Shown: positions 31,613 to 40,454, numbered from the stretch's first letter. The stretch: 64,000 nucleotides of DNA from Verrucomicrobiia bacterium (GCA_963664225.1 OY760937.1:5152001-5216000), one strand, 5' to 3'. A program made the numbers and translations. Notes: generated by a model not told the origin, from the letters alone.

Positions 31613-31780
31613 TCAGCGTTTGTTGAGAATGTAGATCAACACCCCGAAAGCGATGGAGATGAAGATGCCAACCACCACCGCCCATCGAAAGATTTGTTGG
31701 TGGCGTCGCCGGTTGCTGCGGCCCATTCCAGGCAGCAGGTAATACCGCATCTCCTCTTTGTTTTTCTTCTCCCAAAACAT
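31613..31780 (-). CDS. Small single-TM protein (55 aa), missed by the ORF track
   Basis: MFWEKKNKEEMRYYLLPGMGRSNRRRHQQIFRWAVVVGIFISIAFGVLIYILNKR*; basic N-terminus and a clean C-terminal TM helix; fills the comB-pyrE gap. Confidence 0.7.
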   Translation of the reverse strand: MFWEKKNKEEMRYYLLPGMGRSNRRRHQQIFRWAVVVGIFISIAFGVLIYILNKR

Positions 31781-31916
31781 AATCTCGAGGTGCGATCACC
31801 CGGCCCGGTTTAAATAGGAAATCCAACCCATAAGTTCTTTTGATTCGCTGTGGCTATGTTATGAAGGCAATTCCGGAGGATGGCAAATCCTAAATCCTCT
31901 TAAGCCTCAGCCCTTT

Positions 31917-32483
31917 CTATTTGCTGCCGGGTTTGGATGTGGGCATGGCTGCCAGGTCCGGTGGCAGGCGGTCTGGATCGAAAGTCTCGATGTTCATGGC
32001 GATTACGCTGAATGTGGGCACTCCGATTTGCAGCGCGCCGCTCGAACGGTCCACCAGCATCGCCACGCCCGCCACGATGCCTTCATGAGAACGGACGATA
32101 TCGATGGTTTCCTGCACACGCCCGCCTTTGGTCACCACATCCTCAACCACCAGGAGTTTCTCGCCCGGCGCAATCTTGAACCCACGCCGTAACACGAGCT
32201 TGCCATCCTCTTTCTCCGCAAAAATGAACCGGATGCCCAGTTGACGGGCCACTTCCTGGCCCAAAACCAGTCCGCCCATGGCGGGGGAGATGACCGTTTG
32301 CGGTTTCAAATGGCGAACCTTGTCCGCCAGCTCCGCGCCAAACCGCTCAACGATGGGCATTTGTTGAAGCGCCAATGCGCATTGAAAATATTGCCGGCTG
32401 TGCAAACCACTGCGCAAAACAAAGTGGCCGCTCAGTAACGCTCCGGTCTGCTTAAACAGGTCAAACGCTTCGCTGTTCGTCAT
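31917..32483 (-). CDS. pyrE: Orotate phosphoribosyltransferase
   Basis: GHFVLRSGLHS, PAMGG, VEDVVTKGG, VDRS. Start set at MTNSEAF. Confidence 0.95.
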   Translation of the reverse strand: MTNSEAFDLFKQTGALLSGHFVLRSGLHSRQYFQCALALQQMPIVERFGAELADKVRHLKPQTVISPAMGGLVLGQEVARQLGIRFIFAEKEDGKLVLRRGFKIAPGEKLLVVEDVVTKGGRVQETIDIVRSHEGIVAGVAMLVDRSSGALQIGVPTFSVIAMNIETFDPDRLPPDLAAMPTSKPGSK

Positions 32484-32572
32484 GTGCAGATCAAAACATG
32501 GATCGCGTTCATGTGGCAATGATGAAACATTCCAAAACCGGGATTCGCCCTCCGCCGCACCGGTTCTGCGGT

Positions 32573-33586
32573 TCAGGCGCTGGTGGTGGGCGTTTGGATA
32601 TCCGCAAAGATGATGACTCCCGCGCCCGTTTGCAGAAGGCTGATCACATGCACCGGAATTTGCTGGCCCACCAGGTTTTGGGCCTGGTTGACAACCACCA
32701 TGGTGCCATCCGCCATATAGCCGACTCCCTGACCCTTGTCCTTCCCTTCGCGGACGATCCGCAGATTGAAAGTCTCTCCTGGCAGGATCACAGGCTTGAG
32801 CACCTGGGCCAGCTCCGTCATGTTGACGCACTGAACGGATTGCAGTCCCGCGATTTTGGTCAGATTATAGTCGTTGGTGTAGAGCTTGGCGTTGAGTGCC
32901 TTGGCCAGACGCACCAGTTTGGCGTCCACCTGGGTTTCCTCTGGAAAATCGCCTTCGTGGATTTTTACCTCGTTTCGGGTATTCTTTCGAATGCGCTCCA
33001 GCATGTCCATACCCCGGCGTCCGCGAGCCCGTTTGATCGCATCGTTGGAATCCGATATCTGGTGTAATTCCACGAGCACGAATCGCGGCACCACAATGAT
33101 TCCCTCCAAAAAACCCGACTCGATAAGGTCGGCAACGCGTCCATCCACGATGGCGCTGGTGTCGAGCAAAAGCAGGTTTTCGGGCTTATTCTGAGAGGCA
33201 AACCGCACAAAGGGAATGATGAGATAGAAATCCTCCTTGTTGCTGCGCATGGCCAGAATCATCCCGATATAGCCGAAGGAGACAAACAGGCTCAGGCGGA
33301 TGATCCAGCGCGTGGATTCATCGACCCAGATGAATAATTGCGAGCGGTCCAGCATCCAGGCAATCAAGGTGCCGAGAAACAAACCGAACGTTGTCGCTGA
33401 GAAGGCGCGCAGGGAGAATCCTTTGATCATCTCGTCGATGGCGATCAGCAGGCCCCCCAATCCGAAACCAATCATGATGCCAACGATCGGTCCGTTGGTG
33501 ATGAGGTCGGGCCGCACCTGCGTAATGGCATAGCCGCTCAGCGTGCAGAGCCCCAAAAAAAACAATCGAATAACCCACAGAGCCAT
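32573..33586 (-). CDS. Membrane-anchored PIN/TRAM domain protein (YacL-like)
   Basis: 4 TM segments, LDTSAIVDGR, RGRRG, TNDYNL, GVGYMADGTMVVV, QTGAG. Confidence 0.9.
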   Translation of the reverse strand: MALWVIRLFFLGLCTLSGYAITQVRPDLITNGPIVGIMIGFGLGGLLIAIDEMIKGFSLRAFSATTFGLFLGTLIAWMLDRSQLFIWVDESTRWIIRLSLFVSFGYIGMILAMRSNKEDFYLIIPFVRFASQNKPENLLLLDTSAIVDGRVADLIESGFLEGIIVVPRFVLVELHQISDSNDAIKRARGRRGMDMLERIRKNTRNEVKIHEGDFPEETQVDAKLVRLAKALNAKLYTNDYNLTKIAGLQSVQCVNMTELAQVLKPVILPGETFNLRIVREGKDKGQGVGYMADGTMVVVNQAQNLVGQQIPVHVISLLQTGAGVIIFADIQTPTTSA

Positions 33587-33589
33587 ATT

Positions 33590-34570
33590 TTATTGATCCA
33601 TGCCATTGCCTGATCGCAGGCGGGTCCGATAAACTACCATGGGTTTTACCGGCTTTGGTTTATAGAGCAAGCCGTATTTGGTTAAGTTGCTGCTTAATAC
33701 CGTTAAATTGCTAACCGCGTGATTGAAATTCCCGCTCAGTTCCTCGTTTTTGAATAATTGTCCCGCAAGACCATTCCCGGCTTGGAGATCAGCAAGCAAT
33801 TTGCGGGTATCGCCACTGGCCGACTCAAGGTTGATGACCATGTTATGAATCCCCGATTCGTTGGTTTGAATGATCGTCTGGATTTTTTCCGTCAGGCGGT
33901 TGGCCTCCGTGGAGAAGGCCACCAGGTTGCTCAAGGCGGTTTGCACCTGGAGGCTGTTGGTGTGGATCAATTCATTCATGCCCGCCGCCATGGAGGTGAA
34001 ATTTGTAGACATGCCGTGCAGGTTATCCAGTGTGTTGGTCAATTTAATGAGGGTTTGCTCGCCGAGCAGAACCCGGTCCACCCGCTCCACAGATTTGTTG
34101 ACCAGGTTGACGGTCGATTCGAGCTTTTTCATCAGGTTATCGGCTGAACGCGCCGTGTCCTGGATGTTGAAGGGTTCCCGGCATTGGACCACGGCGCCGT
34201 TCTCAAGCGGGGTGCCATTGTTGGCCCCCGGTGTGATCGATATGAACATGTCGCCAAGGAATCCTGATTGATCGATTTCAAACATCGCATCCGGGTGAAT
34301 GCGGTATCTTTTGAAAATCCGGGCGCGAATGGTGACCGACTTGCCGTCTGGATTCAATTCCGCGCCGATCACCCGCCCGATTTGTATTCCCGACATCAGC
34401 ACGCCCGAATTCGGCTTGATGGCCCCGACGTTCGAGGCGGTAAGCCGGATTTCATAGGAGGGTTTGAAAAAACTGCTTCCCTTGGAGAACTGCAGCAGCA
34501 GCGAGGCCAGCAACACCAGGCCGGTTAATACAAATAACCCAACTTTCCATTCGGATCGCGATGTGTTCAT
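33590..34570 (-). CDS. mlaD: MlaD/MCE family protein
   Basis: VGLFV N-terminal TM, V.MSGIQIGRV, SGFLGDMFISITPG, helical tail. Confidence 0.88.
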   Translation of the reverse strand: MNTSRSEWKVGLFVLTGLVLLASLLLQFSKGSSFFKPSYEIRLTASNVGAIKPNSGVLMSGIQIGRVIGAELNPDGKSVTIRARIFKRYRIHPDAMFEIDQSGFLGDMFISITPGANNGTPLENGAVVQCREPFNIQDTARSADNLMKKLESTVNLVNKSVERVDRVLLGEQTLIKLTNTLDNLHGMSTNFTSMAAGMNELIHTNSLQVQTALSNLVAFSTEANRLTEKIQTIIQTNESGIHNMVINLESASGDTRKLLADLQAGNGLAGQLFKNEELSGNFNHAVSNLTVLSSNLTKYGLLYKPKPVKPMVVYRTRLRSGNGMDQ

Positions 34571-34580
34571 GTGACAGGTT

Positions 34581-35312
34581 TCAAGGTGTGGAAATGCCGT
34601 TGACGAATCGATACAGTATCGGATCGGTGGACTTGAACAACTCCGCCGTGGGCCCGCAGAAATAAATGCGTCCCTCGTGCAGCATCAGGATTTTACGACT
34701 GATCCGCTGCGCGCTGCGCATGTCATGAGTCACCGCAATGCTGGTAACCTTGAGTCGCTCGGAAACACGCACAATAAGCCGGTCTATGCTGTCGGCCACG
34801 ATGGGGTCCAGACCCGTGGTTGGTTCGTCATAAAGAATGATTTGAGGCTGGTAAATGATCGCGCGCGCCAGTCCCACGCGCTTGCGCATGCCGCCGGATA
34901 ATTCCGACGGTTTTTTGGATTCCACCCCGCTTAACTCCACCATCTCCAGTGTTTCGGCCACTTTGCGCGCCATCTCCTCGGCGGTCAGGCGTTTTTCACG
35001 CCGGAGCATGAAATTGACATTGTCAGCCACCGTGAGCGAGTCGAACAGGGCCGCCCCCTGAAAGAGCATGCCAAATTTGCGGCGTATGGGCAGAAGCTCC
35101 CGTTCGGACAAGCAGGCAAGATTTTGGCCATCGACGAGCACCTCCCCGGAGTCAGGCTGGATAAGTCCGATCAAGTGTTTGAGCAAGACACTTTTTCCGC
35201 CGCCGCTGCGTCCGAGGATGACCACAGCCTCGCCGGGTTCAATGGAGAAGCTGACCCCATCCAACACCCGGTTGGTGCCAAAGCGCTTTTCCAGTTGGCG
35301 AACCTCAATCAT
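34581..35312 (-). CDS. mlaF: MlaF-like ABC ATPase
   Basis: GRSGGGKS, FQGAALFDSL, LSGGMRKRVGLARA, YDEPTTGLDP. Confidence 0.92.
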   Translation of the reverse strand: MIEVRQLEKRFGTNRVLDGVSFSIEPGEAVVILGRSGGGKSVLLKHLIGLIQPDSGEVLVDGQNLACLSERELLPIRRKFGMLFQGAALFDSLTVADNVNFMLRREKRLTAEEMARKVAETLEMVELSGVESKKPSELSGGMRKRVGLARAIIYQPQIILYDEPTTGLDPIVADSIDRLIVRVSERLKVTSIAVTHDMRSAQRISRKILMLHEGRIYFCGPTAELFKSTDPILYRFVNGISTP

Positions 35313-35315
35313 GCT

Positions 35316-36089
35316 TCAATGGAGGAGATGGGTTAGCGTCATGGTCATGAAAAAATTGCTGATCAGCACACTGATGGAAGCATAGACCACCGCTTCGGTC
35401 GTGGCACGGCCCACGCCTTCAGCGCCTTCGCCGCAATACATGCCCTTGTAACAGCCGATGAGCGCGATCAATCCTCCGAAAATGAAACTCTTGGTCAGGC
35501 CCATGATCAGGTCTCCCGGACTGGTGTAGCGAATCATGTTGTAATAGGCGTATGCGGGATCGATTCCCAGCAGGTAGGTGCCCACAATGTAGCTGGCCAG
35601 AATTCCCAGGGCGATCGATTCAGCCGTCAGCAGGGGCATGGCCAGAACGGTTGCCAGAAATCGCGGCGCCACAAGGTAATCGACTGGATGCGCCGCCAGT
35701 GTGCGCAAGGCATCGATTTGCTCGGTCACCTTCATCGTGCCCAGCTCCGCCGCCATGGAAGCCCCAACCCGTCCCGCCACCATCAACGCCGTCAACACCG
35801 GTCCCAGTTCGCTGCACATCGACACGCTGACCACCGCCAGCGTGGCCGTGTCCATTTTGACTTTGTGAAATTGGAAATAGGTCTGCGCGCAAAGGACCAT
35901 CCCTGTAAACGCGCCTGTGATCAGCACCACCGATTGGGATTTGACCCCAATAAAATAAAGCTGATCGAGCAGGCTCAGGCCTTCCCATCTTTTTTTGGCG
36001 ATGGATGATAGGGTCTCAATCCCGAGCAGCACGACCCGCCCAAGTCCCTCGATCCAATCGTTGATCCACTTCTTTGCCAGTCCTTGCAT
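35316..36089 (-). CDS. mlaE: MlaE-like ABC permease
   Basis: ELGPVLTALMVAGRVG, AELGTMKVTEQIDAL, GVGRATT. Confidence 0.93.
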   Translation of the reverse strand: MQGLAKKWINDWIEGLGRVVLLGIETLSSIAKKRWEGLSLLDQLYFIGVKSQSVVLITGAFTGMVLCAQTYFQFHKVKMDTATLAVVSVSMCSELGPVLTALMVAGRVGASMAAELGTMKVTEQIDALRTLAAHPVDYLVAPRFLATVLAMPLLTAESIALGILASYIVGTYLLGIDPAYAYYNMIRYTSPGDLIMGLTKSFIFGGLIALIGCYKGMYCGEGAEGVGRATTEAVVYASISVLISNFFMTMTLTHLLH

Positions 36090-36166
36090 GATTCAACCAA
36101 TACTCCCAAGCACTCCCAAGCATTAACCGGCGGGGGATGGACGGTCAAAAGAAAAGGGTCACGATT

Positions 36167-36420
36167 CCAGATGCGTATCATCCAGCCCCGATTAACCAAC
36201 CGCACCCGAATTTCGCAATCGTCCAATCCGCATAATCCTGTAGGGATTGCAATCTTTCAGCCCCGGGTCGCGAGGAGCGAGCCACCCGGGGTCATCGACC
36301 ACCCTCCATAATTTCCCCAACGCTGTCGGCGTTGCATCAAATTCGCATCCGGCATTACAACACGGTCCGAGTCGGCCCGGGGACGTGCTGATGGTCAATC
36401 TGTATGAAGACGGCAACGGT
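36167..36420. repeat. Direct repeat copy 1 (186-bp REP/MITE-like element plus terminase-like tail)
   Basis: Aligns by eye with 37329-37586; hairpins AATCCTGTAGGGATT, CCCCGGG...CCCGGGG, CAACGCTGTCGGCGTTG; imperfect terminal inverted repeats. Confidence 0.85.
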
Positions 36421-36504
36421 GGCGATGACACCGCCGATGCGCTGCGATACCTGATCGCGAGCAAGGGAAGGACGGTGGCGCTCTGGAAATTGGTGGGGGT
36501 GTGA
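36349..36504 (+). pseudogene. 3' fragment resembling a phage terminase large-subunit nuclease C-terminus
   Basis: PALQHGPSRPGDVLMVNLYEDGNGGDDTADALRYLIASKGRTV...; DDxxDALRY is the typical terminal motif of TerL RNase H-like domains. Confidence 0.6.
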
Positions 36505-36580
36505 TCAACGACCGGGCTCAACGAAGGATCGCAGAGGGCATTCGATTTCAACTTGGACACGATGGCCGGGTTCCTTGCAG

Positions 36581-37171
36581 TTATACCGCGCCCGGTGCGG
36601 GTTCCCCACGCGCGGCTTTCCGAAACAACCACGCCGACCCGGCAAACAGCATCGCGTCAAACGCATTCCCAACAAACCCGCGCAATACAGCCGCTGACCA
36701 CGGCGTAGCCTGGGGATTTCGAATAATCAGCACAATCACCAGGACCAACGCTTGAACGAGCGCTGTCACGAACAGGACGCGGGCCATGCCATTTGGCTGG
36801 AAGCGCGCCATGGCGGCACCAATGATCCCCACCATGGGCACCACGAAATAGCCGAAGGCCGCAGGATTAACGTCGTCAGCACCCTGGACAAAGTTCCCCC
36901 AGACGAGCAGAAACACCGTCACAAGCGCAACGCCAACGGCGGCTCGGTACACCGGTGTGCCAAGCTTCCTGATTACCATCTGAAACGTCAGACCGATGCT
37001 GAAGAGCAGAGTGCCGACAGCGCCGACAAGAAGAAAGGCGCGGATATCCCAGCCCCATTCACCCGCAAAAAGGCTCCGCAGCAAGGGCACCCCCAGGAGG
37101 AGCGCAGTGATCACTGCCGGGGTCTTCCAGAGGCTCCTGCGCCGTCCACCGTCGTGCGTTTTTGTGTTCAT
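36581..37171 (-). CDS. Uncharacterised integral membrane protein (~6 TM)
   Basis: 196-aa hydrophobic ORF (YRAAVGVAL..FLLVWGN, ARFQPNGMAR..F, SAWLFRKAA) between the two direct repeats. Confidence 0.8.
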   Translation of the reverse strand: MNTKTHDGGRRRSLWKTPAVITALLLGVPLLRSLFAGEWGWDIRAFLLVGAVGTLLFSIGLTFQMVIRKLGTPVYRAAVGVALVTVFLLVWGNFVQGADDVNPAAFGYFVVPMVGIIGAAMARFQPNGMARVLFVTALVQALVLVIVLIIRNPQATPWSAAVLRGFVGNAFDAMLFAGSAWLFRKAARGEPAPGAV

Positions 37172-37193
37172 CTGGCCCTGTCAAGGTTGCTTG

Positions 37194-37226
37194 CTTTGTG
37201 ACACAAAGTTACTTTATGATGCAAAG
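37194..37226. promoter_or_regulatory. Tandem palindromic operator-like sites upstream of the membrane-protein gene
   Basis: CTTTGTGACACAAAG (37194-37208) and CTTTATGATGCAAAG (37212-37226), CTTT-N7-AAAG with an 18-bp period. Confidence 0.55.
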
Positions 37227-37328
37227 CTGCGCAAGCTTGAAACAGCGCGGCGTTGCAGGCGAGGCTCCCGCCGAGCCATCCTATTTTGCCGGTTTGTTGA
37301 TGGAAGGCCCGGCGGGAGCGCCACGATA

Positions 37329-37586
37329 TCGGATGCGTATCATCCAGCCCCGATCAACCAACCTCACCCGAATTTCGCAATCGTCCCGTCCGCTCAATCC
37401 TGCAGGGATTGCAATCATTCAGCCCCGGGTCGCGAGGAACGAGCCACCCGGGGTCATCGTTCACCCTCCATATTTTTCCCAACGCTGTAGGCGTTGCATC
37501 AATTTCGCATCCGGCATTGCAGCACGATCCCAATCGTCCCGAGGACGTCCTGAAGGTGGATGTGGATGACGTCTGCGGCACCGGTC
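37329..37586. repeat. Direct repeat copy 2 (186-bp REP/MITE-like element plus truncated terminase-like tail)
   Basis: Aligns with 36167-36420; translates PALQHDPNRPEDVLKVDVDD from 37511. Confidence 0.85.
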
Positions 37587-37952
37587 CTCTCCCTCGCCTT
37601 CATGCCAATGGAGGGCTGGGATAGGTTCAATAATATTGGGTCCTTTCTCTTTGGCCGTAAGACAAAATTCTTCAGCGCCAGGAAAAAGCCAATAAATGCG
37701 CATGGAAATATATACGTAACGATGATAGCAGGAATTTAACGATGGTTGTTGGCCGGAAACCGGACGCCGCACGAAGGTGCGTGGCATACAACATATTCAG
37801 GCGCATCACCTGTTGGCCCAGTGCCCTCACCGGGCGTCTTTCGCGTTTTCGTCCTTTATGCTTTTGCCGCCTACCTGAATTTTGTCATGCACCCCAGCTT
37901 AGCGACATTAAACCGAACATCGATTCATGGCATGACAACAACGCCGAACCTC

Positions 37953-38052
37953 AGGCCCGAAGGGCCGCAACATGATAGCCTGGGCTGGAGCGAGTCTTCG
38001 AGCGGAGGCCCAGGTAATCAACACACCAACAAAAACAGCCCTGTATGGGCGT
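37953..38052. repeat. REP-like triple-hairpin palindromic element
   Basis: GGCCCGAAGGGCC / CCTGGGCT...GGCCCAGG / GCCCTGTATGGGC, same short-long-short hairpin layout as the repeats above. Confidence 0.55.
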
Positions 38053-38174
38053 CACACAAATACCAGGCATTGTTCCTTGGACAGCACCCCTCTCAACACA
38101 AACCATCCGTCCTGCATTCATTCTCTTCGCGTCTTCGCGTGAGCATTTTTCCGCTCTCAAACCCCATGTGTCCA

Positions 38175-39254
38175 TTATCCATTCCCCCCGCCAACCCCAC
38201 GCAGTGGCAACTCGCGGGCCGTCCAAACCGTCAGCGGCATCTGGCGGTCATGTGACAAAAACTCTGCACAAAGATCCTGGAACTCGTTTTCCGCTGCCAT
38301 CCGGCGCGCGCGAAAAATGAATTCGCCATTCGGATCGATCGCCGGCCCAATGAAATTCAGGTATTTCTTGAACTTTTCGATATGCGCCCGGGGATGGATA
38401 CGCGCGGGCCCTACGGCTTCAAACAGACCCTTCAAAAAATCTCCCACCTCCCGCCCGGTGGGTTGCGTGGGGATTTCTCCACGCAGGACCTGCCGAATCT
38501 GATTGAATATCCACGGATTGCGCACCGCTCCGCGCCCGATCATGACACCCGCCGCTCCAGTCTGCGCCAGAACCGCAACTGCTTTTTCCGCCGTATCCAG
38601 ATCCCCATTCACCAACACGGGACAGCGTAGTGAAGCGACCGCCTGGCCGATCAGGTCGTAACGGACCTCGCCTCCATACATCTGCCGAACCGTGCGCCCA
38701 TGCACCGTGACGAGATCAAGCTGATGTTTGGAAAAGATATCCAGAAGCGCGGAAAATTCATCCGGCGATTCCCAGCCCAGTCGGCATTTGACCGTGAATC
38801 GAATTTTAATCGCCTCCCGCAATGCTCCCAAAATGGCATCGACCTTGGGCGGATTCCTCAAAAGACCACCTCCCGCATTCTTGCGGCACACGATGGGCGC
38901 GGGACAACCCAGGTTCAAATCGATGGCGGCCACAGGATAAGCCTGAAGGGCTCGGGCGATTCTCACCAGGGAGGGAATGTCCTCTCCGGCGATTTGCGCG
39001 ACGACCGGCTTGCCAGTCGTATTCTCCGTGACTCCGCGCAGGATGTCCTTATCCAGACGCGAAACCGCATGCACTCGGAAATATTCGGTGAAAAACAGAT
39101 CAGGCCCGCCATAAGCCGACTGCAGCTTCCAAAAGGGAAGGTCGGTTACATCCTGCATTGGAGCCAGCGCCAGCCAGGGAGTCGCCTGCGGCCAGGTAAT
39201 TGGATGTTGTGCGTTCAAAAGGCGTTGCAGCACCATTCCATCCAAGGGGAGCAA
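38175..39254 (-). CDS. tRNA-dihydrouridine synthase family protein
   Basis: LAPMQDVTD, IDLNLGCP, TVKCRLG, VHGRT, NGD, MIGRGA. Start may be ATG 39236. Confidence 0.9.
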   Translation of the reverse strand: MLPLDGMVLQRLLNAQHPITWPQATPWLALAPMQDVTDLPFWKLQSAYGGPDLFFTEYFRVHAVSRLDKDILRGVTENTTGKPVVAQIAGEDIPSLVRIARALQAYPVAAIDLNLGCPAPIVCRKNAGGGLLRNPPKVDAILGALREAIKIRFTVKCRLGWESPDEFSALLDIFSKHQLDLVTVHGRTVRQMYGGEVRYDLIGQAVASLRCPVLVNGDLDTAEKAVAVLAQTGAAGVMIGRGAVRNPWIFNQIRQVLRGEIPTQPTGREVGDFLKGLFEAVGPARIHPRAHIEKFKKYLNFIGPAIDPNGEFIFRARRMAAENEFQDLCAEFLSHDRQMPLTVWTARELPLRGVGGGNG

Positions 39255-39423
39255 ATCAAATGCCAGCTCGCGCCTTCACCGACTGCGGCGCGGGAGCATG
39301 ATGAGATAAATGTCACCATGCAAACAGGATAGAGGCCGATGGTTTGGGGGTCAATATCTCAACTTTTTTTTGGAGGGAATGGCGTGATTGACAAGGACCG
39401 GGCCATGGGACACTCTCCACGGC

Positions 39424-40356
39424 ATGTCAAAATCAGCCTTGGGACGTGGTTTGGGCGCGTTGCTGGGGGGTGGCCAGCCTTCCAAACCCGCTGCGCCCAA
39501 GCCCATTACAAACGCATCACTAACGCCCACGCCATCGGCGCCGACGGGGCCCGGTGATACGCGCAAGGTTGCCATTACCCGGATTCATCCGAGTGTATTG
39601 CAGCCGCGCAAAGATTTTACTCCAGAGGCATTGCAGGAGCTGGCGGATTCCATTCGTTCCCAAGGTGTTATACAACCGCTGGTGGTGCGGCCGAAGGAAG
39701 GGGATTTTGAGTTGATCGCCGGCGAACGGCGCTGGCGCGCATCGCAAATGGCTGGCCTGACGGAAGTTCCAGTGGTTGTCCGTGAAGCCAACGACGCAGC
39801 CGTTCTCGAAATGATGCTCATCGAGAATCTTCAGCGAGAAAATCTCAATCCCATCGAAGAAGCGCAGGGTTATCAGCAATTGATCGCCCAGTTCGATTTA
39901 AGCCAGGAAGAGGCGGCGGTGAAGGTGGGGCGAAATCGTGCCTCGGTGGCCAACGCATTACGGTTGTTGAAGTTACCGGATGAAGTGCGGGAGCTTATCC
40001 GCAAGGGGGAGATTACCGCCGGGCATGCCAAAGTGATTCTGGGTCTGGAAACGGCTGCTGACCAGGTGCTGGCGGCGCATGAAACCATCAACAATGGATT
40101 GAGTGTCAGGGCGTTGGAAGAATGGTTGGAGCGCCTGAAAAATCTGTCCACAGATGTGTCCAAAGTACCCAAACCTGGCCATTTGAAGGCGCCATTGGAC
40201 GCGAATGCCTCAGACATCCAGGTGCTTCTGCAGCAACGGTTTGGCGCGAGAGTTAAGCTGCGTTACCGCAAGGGCAAGGGAGCCATCACTATCCATTTCA
40301 TGAACAACGACGATTTGGAGCGGATTCTGGAGATTTGCGCTGTGAAGGTGGACTGA
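39424..40356 (+). CDS. parB: ParB/Spo0J chromosome partitioning protein
   Basis: ALGRGLGALL, QPRKDF, GVIQP, AGERRWRA, IENLQRENLNPIEEA, HTH. Confidence 0.95.
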   Translation: MSKSALGRGLGALLGGGQPSKPAAPKPITNASLTPTPSAPTGPGDTRKVAITRIHPSVLQPRKDFTPEALQELADSIRSQGVIQPLVVRPKEGDFELIAGERRWRASQMAGLTEVPVVVREANDAAVLEMMLIENLQRENLNPIEEAQGYQQLIAQFDLSQEEAAVKVGRNRASVANALRLLKLPDEVRELIRKGEITAGHAKVILGLETAADQVLAAHETINNGLSVRALEEWLERLKNLSTDVSKVPKPGHLKAPLDANASDIQVLLQQRFGARVKLRYRKGKGAITIHFMNNDDLERILEICAVKVD

Positions 40357-40454
40357 AACCGACTTCAAATCAGTATTTTACCTCAATTCTGCGGATTTCG
40401 GGTTGAACTTTCCTCCGGTTCATGCCAGAACCTTGGTCGATTCAAGACAATATT

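Noticed and set aside
36349..36504. Intact prophage
   Set aside because: Only a ~50-codon terminase-like tail; no portal, capsid, tail or integrase genes in the window.
36167..38052. Repeats as a CRISPR array or integron attC array
   Set aside because: Only two long copies, no short repeat-spacer periodicity, no cas or integron integrase, and no clear RYYYAAC/GTTRRRY core sites.
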